From a virus, in IMG/VR virus record IMGVR_UViG_3300031825_000007, positions 1,060-65,059 of that record: 64,000 nucleotides of DNA; one strand, written 5' to 3'. Shown in pieces: positions 45,073-54,449 of this stretch. The translations under genes and the position numbers were made by a program. Below the pieces are notes generated by a model. That model saw nothing but the letters and a program-made list of their open reading frames with translations, ran no database searches and was not told the DNA's origin. The number at the start of each line of letters is the position of its first letter. Within the stretch, counting starts at the first letter, position 1.

Positions 45073-45710
45073 GGGGCGAGGTGCCAAAATGCCCGCACCA
45101 TTTCCCGGTATTCCTGCGAATCGCGTGAATACTTCGGCTCCGGCGACCTGAAAGCCGCCTCCAGCGCCATGAAGACGCCGCGATTGAAAAAGCATTCCTT
45201 ATAGGTCTTGGCCGGGTCGATCTGTATTGTTTCAGCCCGCTGCTTGGCGAGGAACTGCGCCCATTGCACATCGTCCAGGCCAGAATCCGGCGGATTGGGC
45301 CTAGGATTGGGCGGCGGCGGCAAACACGGCCCCGGCATCCGCACATCCTCAAGTTCTTTTGCCAACGGCAACGGCGCTTCACGAAGAACTGCGGCAGCAC
45401 TTTCTTTGCTGATGGCTTCGGCGCGGGAGCGAAGTTCGGCCAGCACCGCCTGATCCCGCGCCCTCGCCTCTTTCGTCACCCGCACCACCCATTCAGCGGC
45501 TTTCTGTCTCTTCGCCTCATCGTCGTCCCGCGCCGAGAACAGTGCCGCGCAGCCGGCTGCCGGCGGACACCTCCCATAGCCTTCCCGAGCTGAACGCGCA
45601 TTCCTGCGCGCCCTCATAGCGCCCCAACCTCGCGCCAGCATGCTCAGGGCCGAAGCAGTCCAGACGGACACGTTCCATCCCTTCATCTTCATCCCCAGAA
45701 GCCAGGCCAC
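45018..45710 (-). CDS. Hypothetical protein, up to 230 aa
   Basis: Only long ORF in the interval; divergent from PL; start uncertain. Confidence 0.5.
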   Translation of the reverse strand: MAWLLGMKMKGWNVSVWTASALSMLARGWGAMRARRNARSAREGYGRCPPAAGCAALFSARDDDEAKRQKAAEWVVRVTKEARARDQAVLAELRSRAEAISKESAAAVLREAPLPLAKELEDVRMPGPCLPPPPNPRPNPPDSGLDDVQWAQFLAKQRAETIQIDPAKTYKECFFNRGVFMALEAAFRSPEPKYSRDSQEYREMVRAFWHLAPYFGDFWPDDGVESSDGG

Positions 45711-45737
45711 ACGGCCAAGCTCATTCTGACAAAAATT

Positions 45738-45777
45738 TTAGCCTTTGGCTATTGACCATGATTTAGCCAATGGCTAA
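45738..45777. promoter_or_regulatory. OL operators: two 15-bp sites
   Basis: 45738-45752 TTAGCCTTTGGCTAT; 45763-45777 TTAGCCAATGGCTAA. Confidence 0.85.
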
Positions 45778-45780
45778 ACT
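45752..45780 (+). promoter_or_regulatory. PL-like sigma70 promoter
   Basis: TTGACC-17 bp-TAAACT overlapping OL. Confidence 0.85.
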
Positions 45781-45826
45781 TCGTCGCAACAGTACCAGCA
45801 ACGTCAGGCAATGCCCGGCGCCGCAC

Positions 45827-45874
45827 CGCTCCTTAACAACCTGCCGGATGAACAGAGGTGAGGGCCGCAAGGCC
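45827..45874 (+). promoter_or_regulatory. nut-like site (boxA plus GNRA hairpin)
   Basis: CGCTCCTTAACA (one mismatch to boxA CGCTCTTTAACA), then GGCC-GCAA-GGCC. Confidence 0.45.
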
Positions 45875-46260
45875 GCCAACCTCCTGCCCCTATAGCCGCG
45901 CGGCAGAAGCAAAAGCGCACCCCGACCCCCGATGGAACGGAACGGGACTCGCCACCACCACTTGAGGCGATGGGCTTTCAACGGTTGCCGATGTTGATCG
46001 GCAGCAGGGCTACCAGAAGCCAGCAGGGGCCGGCCCAGCCGGGAGATACCTGCCGCGCGTCACGCCTCCGGGCCCGCAAAGGACGGCGCGCAACGATTCG
46101 ACCACGCAAGGACCGATACCGCCGCCTCGGCGCCGCAGCTCGCGGTGCCGGGCGACGGTCGCTTTGCTGGGCGCCCTGGCGACAGGGTGCCGACCAAAGC
46201 GAAGGTGAAACCGACGCCTATCCCGCCGATTCCGGCACAACCCAACTGGAGGACCACCCT

Positions 46261-46542
46261 ATGGACACGCAAGACACGACGGCCACCACGACCACGGCCG
46301 AGCAGATCAACCTGCTGGACGACTTCCATGCCGCGCTGGAGGCATGCGGCCGCCTCGCCTCCGACACGCTGGAGGTGATCAGGGAAGAGCTGGGCATCCA
46401 CAAGGCGAAACTGGCCGCGGCGCCGGCGAACAGCGCGCCGGCGGACGAAGACGCCGAAGACGCCGGCGCGAACCTCGCACAGGAAGGCGAGGCCCAGACC
46501 GGCGAATCCGATCCCGCTCCGGCGGCCCCCGCCGCAGCCTGA
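46261..46542 (+). CDS. Acidic hypothetical protein, 93 aa
   Basis: GGAGG SD before ATG 46261. Confidence 0.65.
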   Translation: MDTQDTTATTTTAEQINLLDDFHAALEACGRLASDTLEVIREELGIHKAKLAAAPANSAPADEDAEDAGANLAQEGEAQTGESDPAPAAPAAA

Positions 46543-46806
46543 TCGGCCTGACCCCCAGGGTCACGCTTTCGTAGAAGCCGGACGAAACTCGGCATGGGAG
46601 CACAGTTGCCCGATGGTTGGGGGAGCGCCCACCCCCTGCACACCAGATGACGGCGCCACAGCCACGTACCTAGTACCTAACCTGCGCCGGGTAAGAGCGC
46701 AGGGCCATCACGTAGGCCGGTCGGCGGAAGTCGCCGGCCTCCATGATGGCGGCCGCATGACCGGAACCCCTCCCCGCGAGAGCGGGCAGGCGGCGGACGA
46801 GCCCCG

Positions 46807-47151
46807 ATGACGCCGGCGCACCCGGCCGAGGAAAGCGCGACGAAAAATGGCGAAGGTAGCCCGGCCGCCGTCACCCACATTCAGGAGAACGACGTGCCCC
46901 GTGCCGACGTGCCCGCGCTTCACAAGGGCTTCTTCGGCTGGAACGCCTGCCGACTGGCCGACGAATACGAGCCGCGCGAGCTGGCGCAGGCCATCGAGCA
47001 AATCTCCGCAGATCCTGCGAACGCGAACCTGGCGCACGCCGCCGGCCGCGACATCTACCTGCTGACGAAGAAGGCCCGCCAGCGCACCGACGCGCTGGCC
47101 TGGGCAATCTTCTACCAGAAGCAGGCGAAATCCCGCGAGCGGGCGCGATGA
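46807..47151 (+). CDS. Hypothetical protein, 114 aa
   Basis: ATGA-coupled to the next ORF. Confidence 0.6.
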   Translation: MTPAHPAEESATKNGEGSPAAVTHIQENDVPRADVPALHKGFFGWNACRLADEYEPRELAQAIEQISADPANANLAHAAGRDIYLLTKKARQRTDALAWAIFYQKQAKSRERAR

Positions 47152-47693
47152 ACGCAGCGCGCCACCGCGTCCCCGACCTCGAACCTTGGTGCGGGTCGTG
47201 GATTGTCAGCAGCCGCACCACCGGCCTGGCCGTGCTCGAAACCTTCGAGCGCACCACGGCCGAGCGCATCAATCAGAACGCCTACCGGGTCGAGACGACG
47301 GCCCAATACCTGGGCCGCATCAATCGCGCCATCCGATCCAACTATGGAGTCGCCATGACCACCACCCCGGACATCGCCATCTATTCCGTGCTCGTCTTCC
47401 GCCCGCAGGACGACGGCAAGTTCGAGTCGTGCCTGCACTACGTCGCGGGCACCGACAGCGCCGACGCCCAGCGCCGCATCCTGGCGGGCAGCGCCGAGCA
47501 CCTGACCGGCCGCCGCTTCATCACGACCGACGACGTGCGCGAACGCGACAACACGCCGGACTGCCGGCTCTACGTGAGCACGCTGCGCAGCGAGGCCATC
47601 GACGCCGACACGCTGGCGCGCTGGGTCGAGGTCAGCATCAAGGGGCACTGGGAAGGCGGCGACTTCTACCCGCCCACGCACCGCGAATTCTGA
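47148..47693 (+). CDS. Hypothetical protein, 181 aa (possibly two fused ORFs)
   Basis: Coupled ORF with internal GGAG-N-ATG near 47356. Confidence 0.6.
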   Translation: MNAARHRVPDLEPWCGSWIVSSRTTGLAVLETFERTTAERINQNAYRVETTAQYLGRINRAIRSNYGVAMTTTPDIAIYSVLVFRPQDDGKFESCLHYVAGTDSADAQRRILAGSAEHLTGRRFITTDDVRERDNTPDCRLYVSTLRSEAIDADTLARWVEVSIKGHWEGGDFYPPTHREF

Positions 47694-48064
47694 TGACCGG
47701 GGCCTACATGGAATCCGCCCTGCGCCACCAGGTCGAGCACGCCATCAAGGTGTCGAAGCAGAACGGCACCACGCTGGCCCTGATGCTCGAACTGCTCGAC
47801 AAAATCCAGCCCGGCGGCTGGACTCCGAAGATTTACGACCAGGCTGTGCGCGAGCTGTACCGCGTGCAGATGTGCGTCGTCCACCGCTCCCTCGTGCTCG
47901 ACCTGATCCGGGTGCTGGAGCTGGTCGAAGTGGATGCGCTGCCCGAGCGCGTGCCGCACGATAAGGACGACGACGATCCGCCGTTCACCAAGATCGACCT
48001 CACCCGCGTGCGCGACGGCCTCGCTGCCGCGCTGAAGGGCCTGTCGCCCAACGAACCCATGTAA
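47693..48064 (+). CDS. Hypothetical protein, 123 aa
   Basis: TGATG overlap. Confidence 0.55.
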   Translation: MTGAYMESALRHQVEHAIKVSKQNGTTLALMLELLDKIQPGGWTPKIYDQAVRELYRVQMCVVHRSLVLDLIRVLELVEVDALPERVPHDKDDDDPPFTKIDLTRVRDGLAAALKGLSPNEPM

Positions 48065-48075
48065 GGAGCAGAACG

Positions 48076-48318
48076 ATGCCGCAGGAGCATAAGCGCCCGA
48101 ACCCAGCCAAGGAAGTCGCTGACTGGAATGCCCGCGTGAAAGTGGGCGACACCGTGGAATACGCCGAAGTGAAAGGCGACCCGGCCGGCCGCTACGAGGT
48201 GAGGACGCCCGCAGAAGTCCTGATGGGCCATACCGCCGTCGTGTGGTTGAAGGGCAAGCGTGGCTGCGTGGCGATCAGCCATTGCAGGCCGGTGCCCGCG
48301 GAGTCCGTCGATGCGTAA
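48076..48318 (+). CDS. Hypothetical SH3-like small protein, 80 aa
   Basis: AAGGAG SD; WNARVKVGDTVEY...AVVWLKG. Confidence 0.7.
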   Translation: MPQEHKRPNPAKEVADWNARVKVGDTVEYAEVKGDPAGRYEVRTPAEVLMGHTAVVWLKGKRGCVAISHCRPVPAESVDA

Positions 48319-48481
48319 AGCCCTCTGGACCCTTCGTGCAGCGCTGCATTACATGCGCCGCGTGTTCGTTTCCTTCCCCATTGCCTGGGAGCTGGCCTGC
48401 GGCCTGGCCGAAACCTACGACTGGCGCGAGGAAGGCCCCATCGATGCGGTGGAAGAAGACCTGACCTGCTGGAGCGACTAG
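48311..48481 (+). CDS. Hypothetical protein, 56 aa
   Basis: Overlaps the upstream stop. Confidence 0.45.
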   Translation: MRKALWTLRAALHYMRRVFVSFPIAWELACGLAETYDWREEGPIDAVEEDLTCWSD

Positions 48482-48514
48482 CAACCCCGCAAGCGGGCCG
48501 CGCCCGCAGTGGAA

Positions 48515-48784
48515 ATGAACATGCCGACTACCTGCCACAACTGCCGCCACCCGCTGTCCCTGCGCGAGCTAGCCGCCATCGAATCCGAACCGCGCGTGGC
48601 AGAGGTTGTGCGCTACTTCGGCCAGGCCGCGTGCGATGCATGCTGCGACAAGGCCAAAGCGCAGGCCGGCTTGGACGTTGCGCGCTCCATCGCGCGGGGC
48701 GTCCTGGCGCGCCAGCCCGACGACGAAGCCGAGTCCTGGCCCGACAACCACGCCCCGCTGTCCAACCTGCCGCACGACGCCTGA
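48515..48784 (+). CDS. Cys-rich hypothetical protein, 89 aa
   Basis: CHNC...CDAC. Confidence 0.5.
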   Translation: MNMPTTCHNCRHPLSLRELAAIESEPRVAEVVRYFGQAACDACCDKAKAQAGLDVARSIARGVLARQPDDEAESWPDNHAPLSNLPHDA

Positions 48785-48851
48785 CAACCCCGGTTACTGC
48801 CTCGCGTGCAGGGCAGTGACAGGGGCTGTCCCCGATGAGAGAACCCCAAGC

Positions 48852-49307
48852 ATGCAATCGCCACCCCGCCCGCTCCTGATGCTCGCGTGCTCCGGCATGA
48901 AGTTGGCTGCGCCCGCGCCAGCACTTGAGCTGTATCGCGGCGTCATGTACCAGACCTACCGCGCCAATGTGCGCGCGGGTGCCGAGCCACACATCGTGAT
49001 CCTGTCCGCGCTGCACGGGTTCTTGAACCCGGAAACGATCATCGCGCCCTATGACCAGCGCATGACCGGCGCCCGCGCAGACGAAATGCTTGCGCATCTG
49101 GTGTCGCGCTACATGGTCGGCGCCAGCTGGCCGCGGGAGTTGGGCAACGTATTCCTCGCCGGCGGCGCGGAATACCGGCGCGTCATGCGCGCAGCGCTCG
49201 ATGCGTTGCGCGACTGCTACGGCATCGAAGCCATTGCCATCGCCGAGACACGCGGTGGCATCGGGGAGCAGCGGGCCCAGTTGGGCGCGTTCCTGCGAGC
49301 CGCCTGA
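48852..49307 (+). CDS. DUF6884-like protein, 151 aa
   Basis: LACSGMK...ALELYRG...ILSALHG...IAPYDQRM...LAGGAEY. Confidence 0.65.
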   Translation: MQSPPRPLLMLACSGMKLAAPAPALELYRGVMYQTYRANVRAGAEPHIVILSALHGFLNPETIIAPYDQRMTGARADEMLAHLVSRYMVGASWPRELGNVFLAGGAEYRRVMRAALDALRDCYGIEAIAIAETRGGIGEQRAQLGAFLRAA

Positions 49308-49451
49308 CAGGCAAAGAAAACGGGGAGGCGCACAACGCCGCCCAGCGCGCCGCACGCCGCGACAAGGACGTGCAACCTCGGTGCCGTAGCAACTTGGCAG
49401 CGGGGCCACCAGCAGCCGCGCCAGCACGCGGAACCTAGACCGGAATCCACC

Positions 49452-49811
49452 ATGTCCACCTCTCTCAACCGCATTCAGGAATGCCTGGGCAAGGCCATCG
49501 AAGCCGCCAAGATGGAACGCGCGAGCTTCGGCTTTCCCAAGGATCGCATCACTGTCACTAGCGCACACCTGGGCGACTTCGCGGGCACGAAGATCAAGCA
49601 AGGGGATGCCATCCACCCCACGGACTTCATCCTCGAAATGACGAAGCTGTACCGCGAAACGTGGCTCATTCCGCCGTTGGAAGAAGCATTGCGCTTGGTG
49701 TCGCAGCACCAGGAACTGCTGACCCAGCTCCAGCAAGCGCAGGACACCATCTTGCGCCTGCGGCTGGATCGCCTCCATGTTCTGGCATCAGCCGGTATGC
49801 GTGACAACTGA
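49452..49811 (+). CDS. Hypothetical protein, 119 aa
   Basis: Clean ORF. Confidence 0.55.
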   Translation: MSTSLNRIQECLGKAIEAAKMERASFGFPKDRITVTSAHLGDFAGTKIKQGDAIHPTDFILEMTKLYRETWLIPPLEEALRLVSQHQELLTQLQQAQDTILRLRLDRLHVLASAGMRDN

Positions 49812-49898
49812 CCGAGCGCGCCATGCCGGGCATGACCGACCGCCGCTGCCAGTGCTGCGACCAGCCCTCAAGGCCCGCGCCACCTACGTGAAGCGCGA

Positions 49899-50285
49899 AT
49901 GAGCACCTATGACCTTCCCGGCTTCGGAGACGAAGCCACTTGGCCGCCCTACACCGGCCATCCAAACGACCCCAGGGCGTCAGACGGCGCCGGCCACGAC
50001 GACGACATCAACGCGCGTACCGCCGAACTGCTGGCCGGCCCGGACTACAGCCCCGTCACCCCGGCGAACCTCTGCGAAGCCATCGTCGAATCCGACATCG
50101 GTCCACTGTGCCATCTGCTGAAAGCCGGCGACATGGCCGGTGCTGGCGAGGCGCTGAGGACGGTTGCGCATGGCTACTGGGAACCCATTGCCCGCAAGGA
50201 GGCGGAACGCCAGATCGACATTGAAGCGGCCAGCGCGTGCCGCCGGTGCTGCGGGCGTGGCTGTCGTATCTGCGATGAAGGTTGA
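49899..50285 (+). CDS. Hypothetical protein, 128 aa
   Basis: PGFGDEATW...HPNDPR; C-terminal CRRCCGRGCRIC. Confidence 0.65.
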   Translation: MSTYDLPGFGDEATWPPYTGHPNDPRASDGAGHDDDINARTAELLAGPDYSPVTPANLCEAIVESDIGPLCHLLKAGDMAGAGEALRTVAHGYWEPIARKEAERQIDIEAASACRRCCGRGCRICDEG

Positions 50286-50361
50286 TCGAGATCCACAGGA
50301 GAACCCTTCTCATGAACTCCCCAGCAAATCAGGCCCGGCACCGGGCAAAGGAGTAGCGATT

Positions 50362-50508
50362 GTGAGCCGCCGTGACGACTTCCTCTGCCGCTTCGAGCGC
50401 CGCCATCCGTGGATCTTCGGCGCCCTCTTGGTCCTCGCCATCGTGCTGCTGTACGCATGCGTGGCGGACAACGACACGATCTCGATTCTTCCTGGGTGGT
50501 CGACATGA
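50362..50508 (+). CDS. Small membrane protein, 48 aa
   Basis: AAGGAG SD, GTG start, one TM. Confidence 0.5.
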   Translation: MSRRDDFLCRFERRHPWIFGALLVLAIVLLYACVADNDTISILPGWST

Positions 50509-50618
50509 AGGACGACACCCCGATGGTCGCATGGGTGCGCTTCCTGCGCGCCGCCGGCCTCAAACACTCTGGTCGCTGCCGCGCAGACGGCAGCCTTGAA
50601 CTGATCCCGATCCGCTGA
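50505..50618 (+). CDS. Small hypothetical protein, 37 aa
   Basis: ATGA overlap. Confidence 0.4.
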   Translation: MKDDTPMVAWVRFLRAAGLKHSGRCRADGSLELIPIR

Positions 50619-50626
50619 GGACAATC

Positions 50627-51877
50627 ATGGAATCACCTGAAATGGAAGTGCTGGACGCAGATCCGGCAGAGTCGGCTACCACCCTCGCCTTGTACGACCC
50701 CGTCGAGGCCGGGCTCGCCAAGCTGCGGGAGGAAGGCGCCGAAGCCTTCGACGTGAAGACGACCGAAGGCAACAAGGCGGCGCGCGAGTTCGTGCAGCGT
50801 TGCGTCGGCACGCGCACCGCAACCGAGGAAGCGTACACGAACTGGAATCGCCCGCTGATGGCGCTCCAGAAACAGGCCCGCGAGAAACGCGACGAGATCG
50901 TGGCGTCGGTGAAGGCCATCGAGCAACCCGTCAAGGATCTGGTCGATGCCGAGCAGAAGCGCAAGGACGAGGAACGTATCGAGAAGGCGCGCATCGAGAG
51001 CGCGCGCATCTCAGCCCACCAAGCGTGCCTGAACGCGATCATCAACCTGCCGAAGGACTATCTCAGCGCGAGCGTGGCCGATGTCGCCGCCGCGATCCGT
51101 GACCTGGAATCGCCGAAGTATCTCGGCCAGCGCGACTGGCAGGAATACACCGACCAAGCCAAGGAAGCGGTCGAGGGCGCCCTGACAACGATCCGCGCCC
51201 ATCTGGAAAACGCCAAGGCACGCGAAGAACTGGCGGCAATGCGTGCCCAACAACAGGCGGAGGCTGCCGCGCAGCAAGCCCAGGCGGAGGCGGCCGAAGC
51301 CGAGCGGCAGCGTATTACCGGCATCAAGGACCGCATCCACGCCATCGAGACGGCGGTATCGACGTGCATCGGGCTGGGCGTGAAGCAAATCCAGCAACGC
51401 ATCGATTCGCTGGCCCGCGAGGCGGCAGACGATTTCGGCGAGTTTCAGGCCGATGCCGGTGCCGCCATCGAGGCAGCGCTGGGCAACCTGAATGCGATGC
51501 TCGATACCGCGCGCGATGCGGAAGAACTGCAACAACTGCGTGCGGACCGGGAGAAGCGGGAACGCGAGGCCAAGGAAGCCGCCGAGGCTGCTGCCCGGGC
51601 CGCCGAGCAGGCCGAAGCGAAGCGCATTGCCGACGAGAAGGCGGCCGAAGCGCGCCGACAAGCGGAAGCCCGCGCCGCCGAGGAACAGCGCCAGCGCGAG
51701 GAAGCCGCTGCTCGCCGCCGCGAGCAAGAAGCCGCAGAGAAAGCCGCCCGGCGCGTGCGGGAGCAGGCCGGCACGTTGCTGGCCCTGCTGGTCGAAGCCC
51801 GCCCTCACATCCCGGCCGGAGATCTGGCTGACCGCATCGACGCCACGATCAATGCAGCCACCGGGAGCACAGCATGA
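50627..51877 (+). CDS. Long coiled-coil protein upstream of the SSAP, 416 aa
   Basis: GAGG SD; Ala/Glu/Arg heptads. Confidence 0.75.
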   Translation: MESPEMEVLDADPAESATTLALYDPVEAGLAKLREEGAEAFDVKTTEGNKAAREFVQRCVGTRTATEEAYTNWNRPLMALQKQAREKRDEIVASVKAIEQPVKDLVDAEQKRKDEERIEKARIESARISAHQACLNAIINLPKDYLSASVADVAAAIRDLESPKYLGQRDWQEYTDQAKEAVEGALTTIRAHLENAKAREELAAMRAQQQAEAAAQQAQAEAAEAERQRITGIKDRIHAIETAVSTCIGLGVKQIQQRIDSLAREAADDFGEFQADAGAAIEAALGNLNAMLDTARDAEELQQLRADREKREREAKEAAEAAARAAEQAEAKRIADEKAAEARRQAEARAAEEQRQREEAAARRREQEAAEKAARRVREQAGTLLALLVEARPHIPAGDLADRIDATINAATGSTA

Positions 51878-52536
51878 GCAACCACGAGCAATTCGCCGCG
51901 CAGGCCGTGCAGCAAATGGATGTGAACCTCATCCCCGGGCCGGCGCCGGAAAGCCTCGGGCAACTGTTCGAGGCGCTGGCCACCGCACAGGGGGAATTTC
52001 CTCCCATCGCGAAGAACCGCACTGGACACATCCGTCCGAAAGACCCGGGCAAGGCTCCGTATAGCTTCGACTACTCCGATATGCAGGAGATTCGGGACAA
52101 GACGACCCCCGCCCTTTCGAAGCATGCGCTGGCGCTTATACAGATCGTCACCGATAGGCCGACAGGCGGAACGCACATCCGCACGATCATTGCCCACAAG
52201 TCTGCGGCGCGCGTGGAGTCCTCCCTGAGCATTGCGCGCGGCGATGCGGACATCAAAATCTTCGGCGCATCGATCACGATCCTGCGGCGCTACATCGTGA
52301 CGGCGTTGCTGAATGTGGCGGGAGACGCGGATCTGGATGAAAGCAGCGACCCGGATGTCGGCGCCGGTCTTTCACCCGTGGCTGCCGATGTGCACCCCGG
52401 CATGCGCGATGCCAAGACCATCGGTGAACTCAGCAAGATCATGAGCGCCTTGAGCAAGGAGGAAAAGGCCAAGTACGCCGACTACTTCAACCAGCGCATG
52501 CAGGAACTGCGCCCGGCTTCGCAGGAGGTAGCGTGA
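51874..52536 (+). CDS. erf: ERF-family single-strand annealing protein, 220 aa
   Basis: ALATAQGEF...YSFDYSD...GLALIQ-like segment, FGASITILRRY...ALLNVAGDADLD. Confidence 0.85.
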   Translation: MSNHEQFAAQAVQQMDVNLIPGPAPESLGQLFEALATAQGEFPPIAKNRTGHIRPKDPGKAPYSFDYSDMQEIRDKTTPALSKHALALIQIVTDRPTGGTHIRTIIAHKSAARVESSLSIARGDADIKIFGASITILRRYIVTALLNVAGDADLDESSDPDVGAGLSPVAADVHPGMRDAKTIGELSKIMSALSKEEKAKYADYFNQRMQELRPASQEVA

Positions 52537-52985
52537 ACGAAGATCAAAGGCAAGTGAGCGCGCCGCCCGCATCGCCTGCCGCGCTGACGGATGAGCAACG
52601 CGAGAAGGTATGCGAAGCCGTGGCTGATGCCTTGGGCGGTGCTTACGATTGCATGCGCGTGTGGTCAGCGTGGGGCGCAGGCACGATGGGCTCCGATGAT
52701 TTTGCGCTGGTCGCGGAAGATGACAGTCGCGTGGCGGAAATTGCTGACGCCGCAATTGCGGCCACCCTCGCCACATCGTCCGTCGCCGCGGTGCCTGCCG
52801 CCCCGCAACCGAGCGCCAAGGCGCTGACGGATGAGCAGATCATCGAAACCTACCTGCACGAAGCGGGCAAGGTAATCGTGCGCTGCGCTCATGAACGCGG
52901 GGACTTCGCCCCACTCATAGCCACGGTCCGCGCCCTCCTGGCCGCAGAGCAGCCCAGCGGGGACAAGCGCGAGGTGCAATCGTGA
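52533..52985 (+). CDS. Modular hypothetical protein, 150 aa
   Basis: GGAGG SD, GTG start; two ALTDEQ modules. Confidence 0.65.
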   Translation: MNEDQRQVSAPPASPAALTDEQREKVCEAVADALGGAYDCMRVWSAWGAGTMGSDDFALVAEDDSRVAEIADAAIAATLATSSVAAVPAAPQPSAKALTDEQIIETYLHEAGKVIVRCAHERGDFAPLIATVRALLAAEQPSGDKREVQS

Positions 52986-53614
52986 TCGTCGTTACCTGTC
53001 AGCAGGGCAGCGATCAATGGCTGCAAGCCCGTGCCGGTGTGACCACCGCCAGCAACTTCCGCATCGCCCGCTCCCGTAAGCGTGCTGGCGGCGACTGGTC
53101 CGACACCGCCCTCAAACTCGCCTTCGGCACCGCCATCGAGCGCATCAGCGGTGCCCCGCTCAATGAGGGTCACGAGACATGGCAGATGCGTCGCGGCCAC
53201 GAACTCGAACCCGATGCGCGCATCGCCCACCAAGCCGACATCGGCGTCTACGTGCAGCCGGTCGGCATGGTCTTGTCCGATGACCGAGCCTTCGGGGCAA
53301 GCGCGGACGGCTGGATCGGCAAGGACGGCGGTGCCGAGTACAAGTGCCTCATCTCCCCTGACGAGCTGCGCACGACGCTGATCGATCACGACCTGGAGAA
53401 GTACACGGACCAGGTGCAAGGGAATCTCTGGCTCTCCGGCCGTAAGTGGTGGGACTTCTGCATCTACTGCCCCGCCCTCAAGTCCGTGAAGGAATTCTTC
53501 CGCTGGCGCATCGAGCGTGACGACGACTACATCGAGGCGATGGTTGCTGACCTGTGGGAATTCGAAAAGCTGGTGCAGTCCAACGTTGCCGCATTGCGCA
53601 AGCTGGCGGCCTGA
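52982..53614 (+). CDS. YqaJ/lambda-exonuclease-family protein, 210 aa
   Basis: QGSDQWLQARAG, GHELEP, ASADG, EYKC, QVQGNLW. Confidence 0.92.
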   Translation: MIVVTCQQGSDQWLQARAGVTTASNFRIARSRKRAGGDWSDTALKLAFGTAIERISGAPLNEGHETWQMRRGHELEPDARIAHQADIGVYVQPVGMVLSDDRAFGASADGWIGKDGGAEYKCLISPDELRTTLIDHDLEKYTDQVQGNLWLSGRKWWDFCIYCPALKSVKEFFRWRIERDDDYIEAMVADLWEFEKLVQSNVAALRKLAA

Positions 53615-53671
53615 TCGGGGATCGATCATGAAAGGAATCCCAGCTATCCGGAATATCGTGTGGAGACATCC

Positions 53672-53902
53672 ATGAACACCCCTCAGAGTCCATGTATTGC
53701 GAGCGCCGAGGCGAAACGTTGCGCGACGTGCGGAGCAACCTCGGCCGTGGAAGCTTGGAACATGTGCAATGCCGCTGGTAAGGCGGTTTGCTACGGCATC
53801 ACACTCTTCCCGCTGGATGTCCAAATCGGCCGAATCGAGTGCGGTGCAGTCAGAGTCGATACCTCCGACGACGCGTTCGATTCCACACAGAAATCCGAAT
53901 AG
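53672..53902 (+). CDS. Hypothetical protein, 76 aa
   Basis: GGAG SD; CATC. Confidence 0.4.
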   Translation: MNTPQSPCIASAEAKRCATCGATSAVEAWNMCNAAGKAVCYGITLFPLDVQIGRIECGAVRVDTSDDAFDSTQKSE

Positions 53903-54082
53903 CCGGAATCCCACTCATTCTGTGGCCGGCCTAACAAGGCCGAGAAACGCTATCACGAGCGCGACTTCCCGCGTATCTGCGCCGCCCTGGTGCGGCATAT
54001 CAATGCCAACACGCAGGCCATCCGGTCTGCATCGGCACATCTGGCCGCCACGGCCACCACCACCAACGAAAGGACTGACAAC

Positions 54083-54370
54083 ATGGCAAAGAACGCCACA
54101 CCGGCCGCATTCAGCGACGAGCCCTACAACCCCATCCCGATGAAACTGGTGGAATCGCACAAGATCAAGGCCGTCGGCTACGACGAAGCCACGCGCACGC
54201 TGGCCGTGACGTTCCAGCGCGGCGCCGGCGCGATCTACCACTACCCGGACATCGAGCCGCAGGTGTACGCCGACTTCATCGGCGCCGAGTCGCTGGGCAC
54301 CTACTTCGGCAAGTACCTCCAGAACCTGCCGTTCAAGAAGTTCCGCGCTCCGGAAGAAGCGGCCGCATAG
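54083..54370 (+). CDS. KTSC-domain protein, 95 aa
   Basis: VESHKIKAVGYD...LAVTF...YHYPD...AESLGTYF. Confidence 0.88.
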   Translation: MAKNATPAAFSDEPYNPIPMKLVESHKIKAVGYDEATRTLAVTFQRGAGAIYHYPDIEPQVYADFIGAESLGTYFGKYLQNLPFKKFRAPEEAAA

Positions 54371-54449
54371 TCCTCCGTCTCGCTGTAGCCACCAGATCAA
54401 CCCGACCGCCGCCGGCGCCGGCGGCGCAACTCGCCCCAGGAATTTGACC

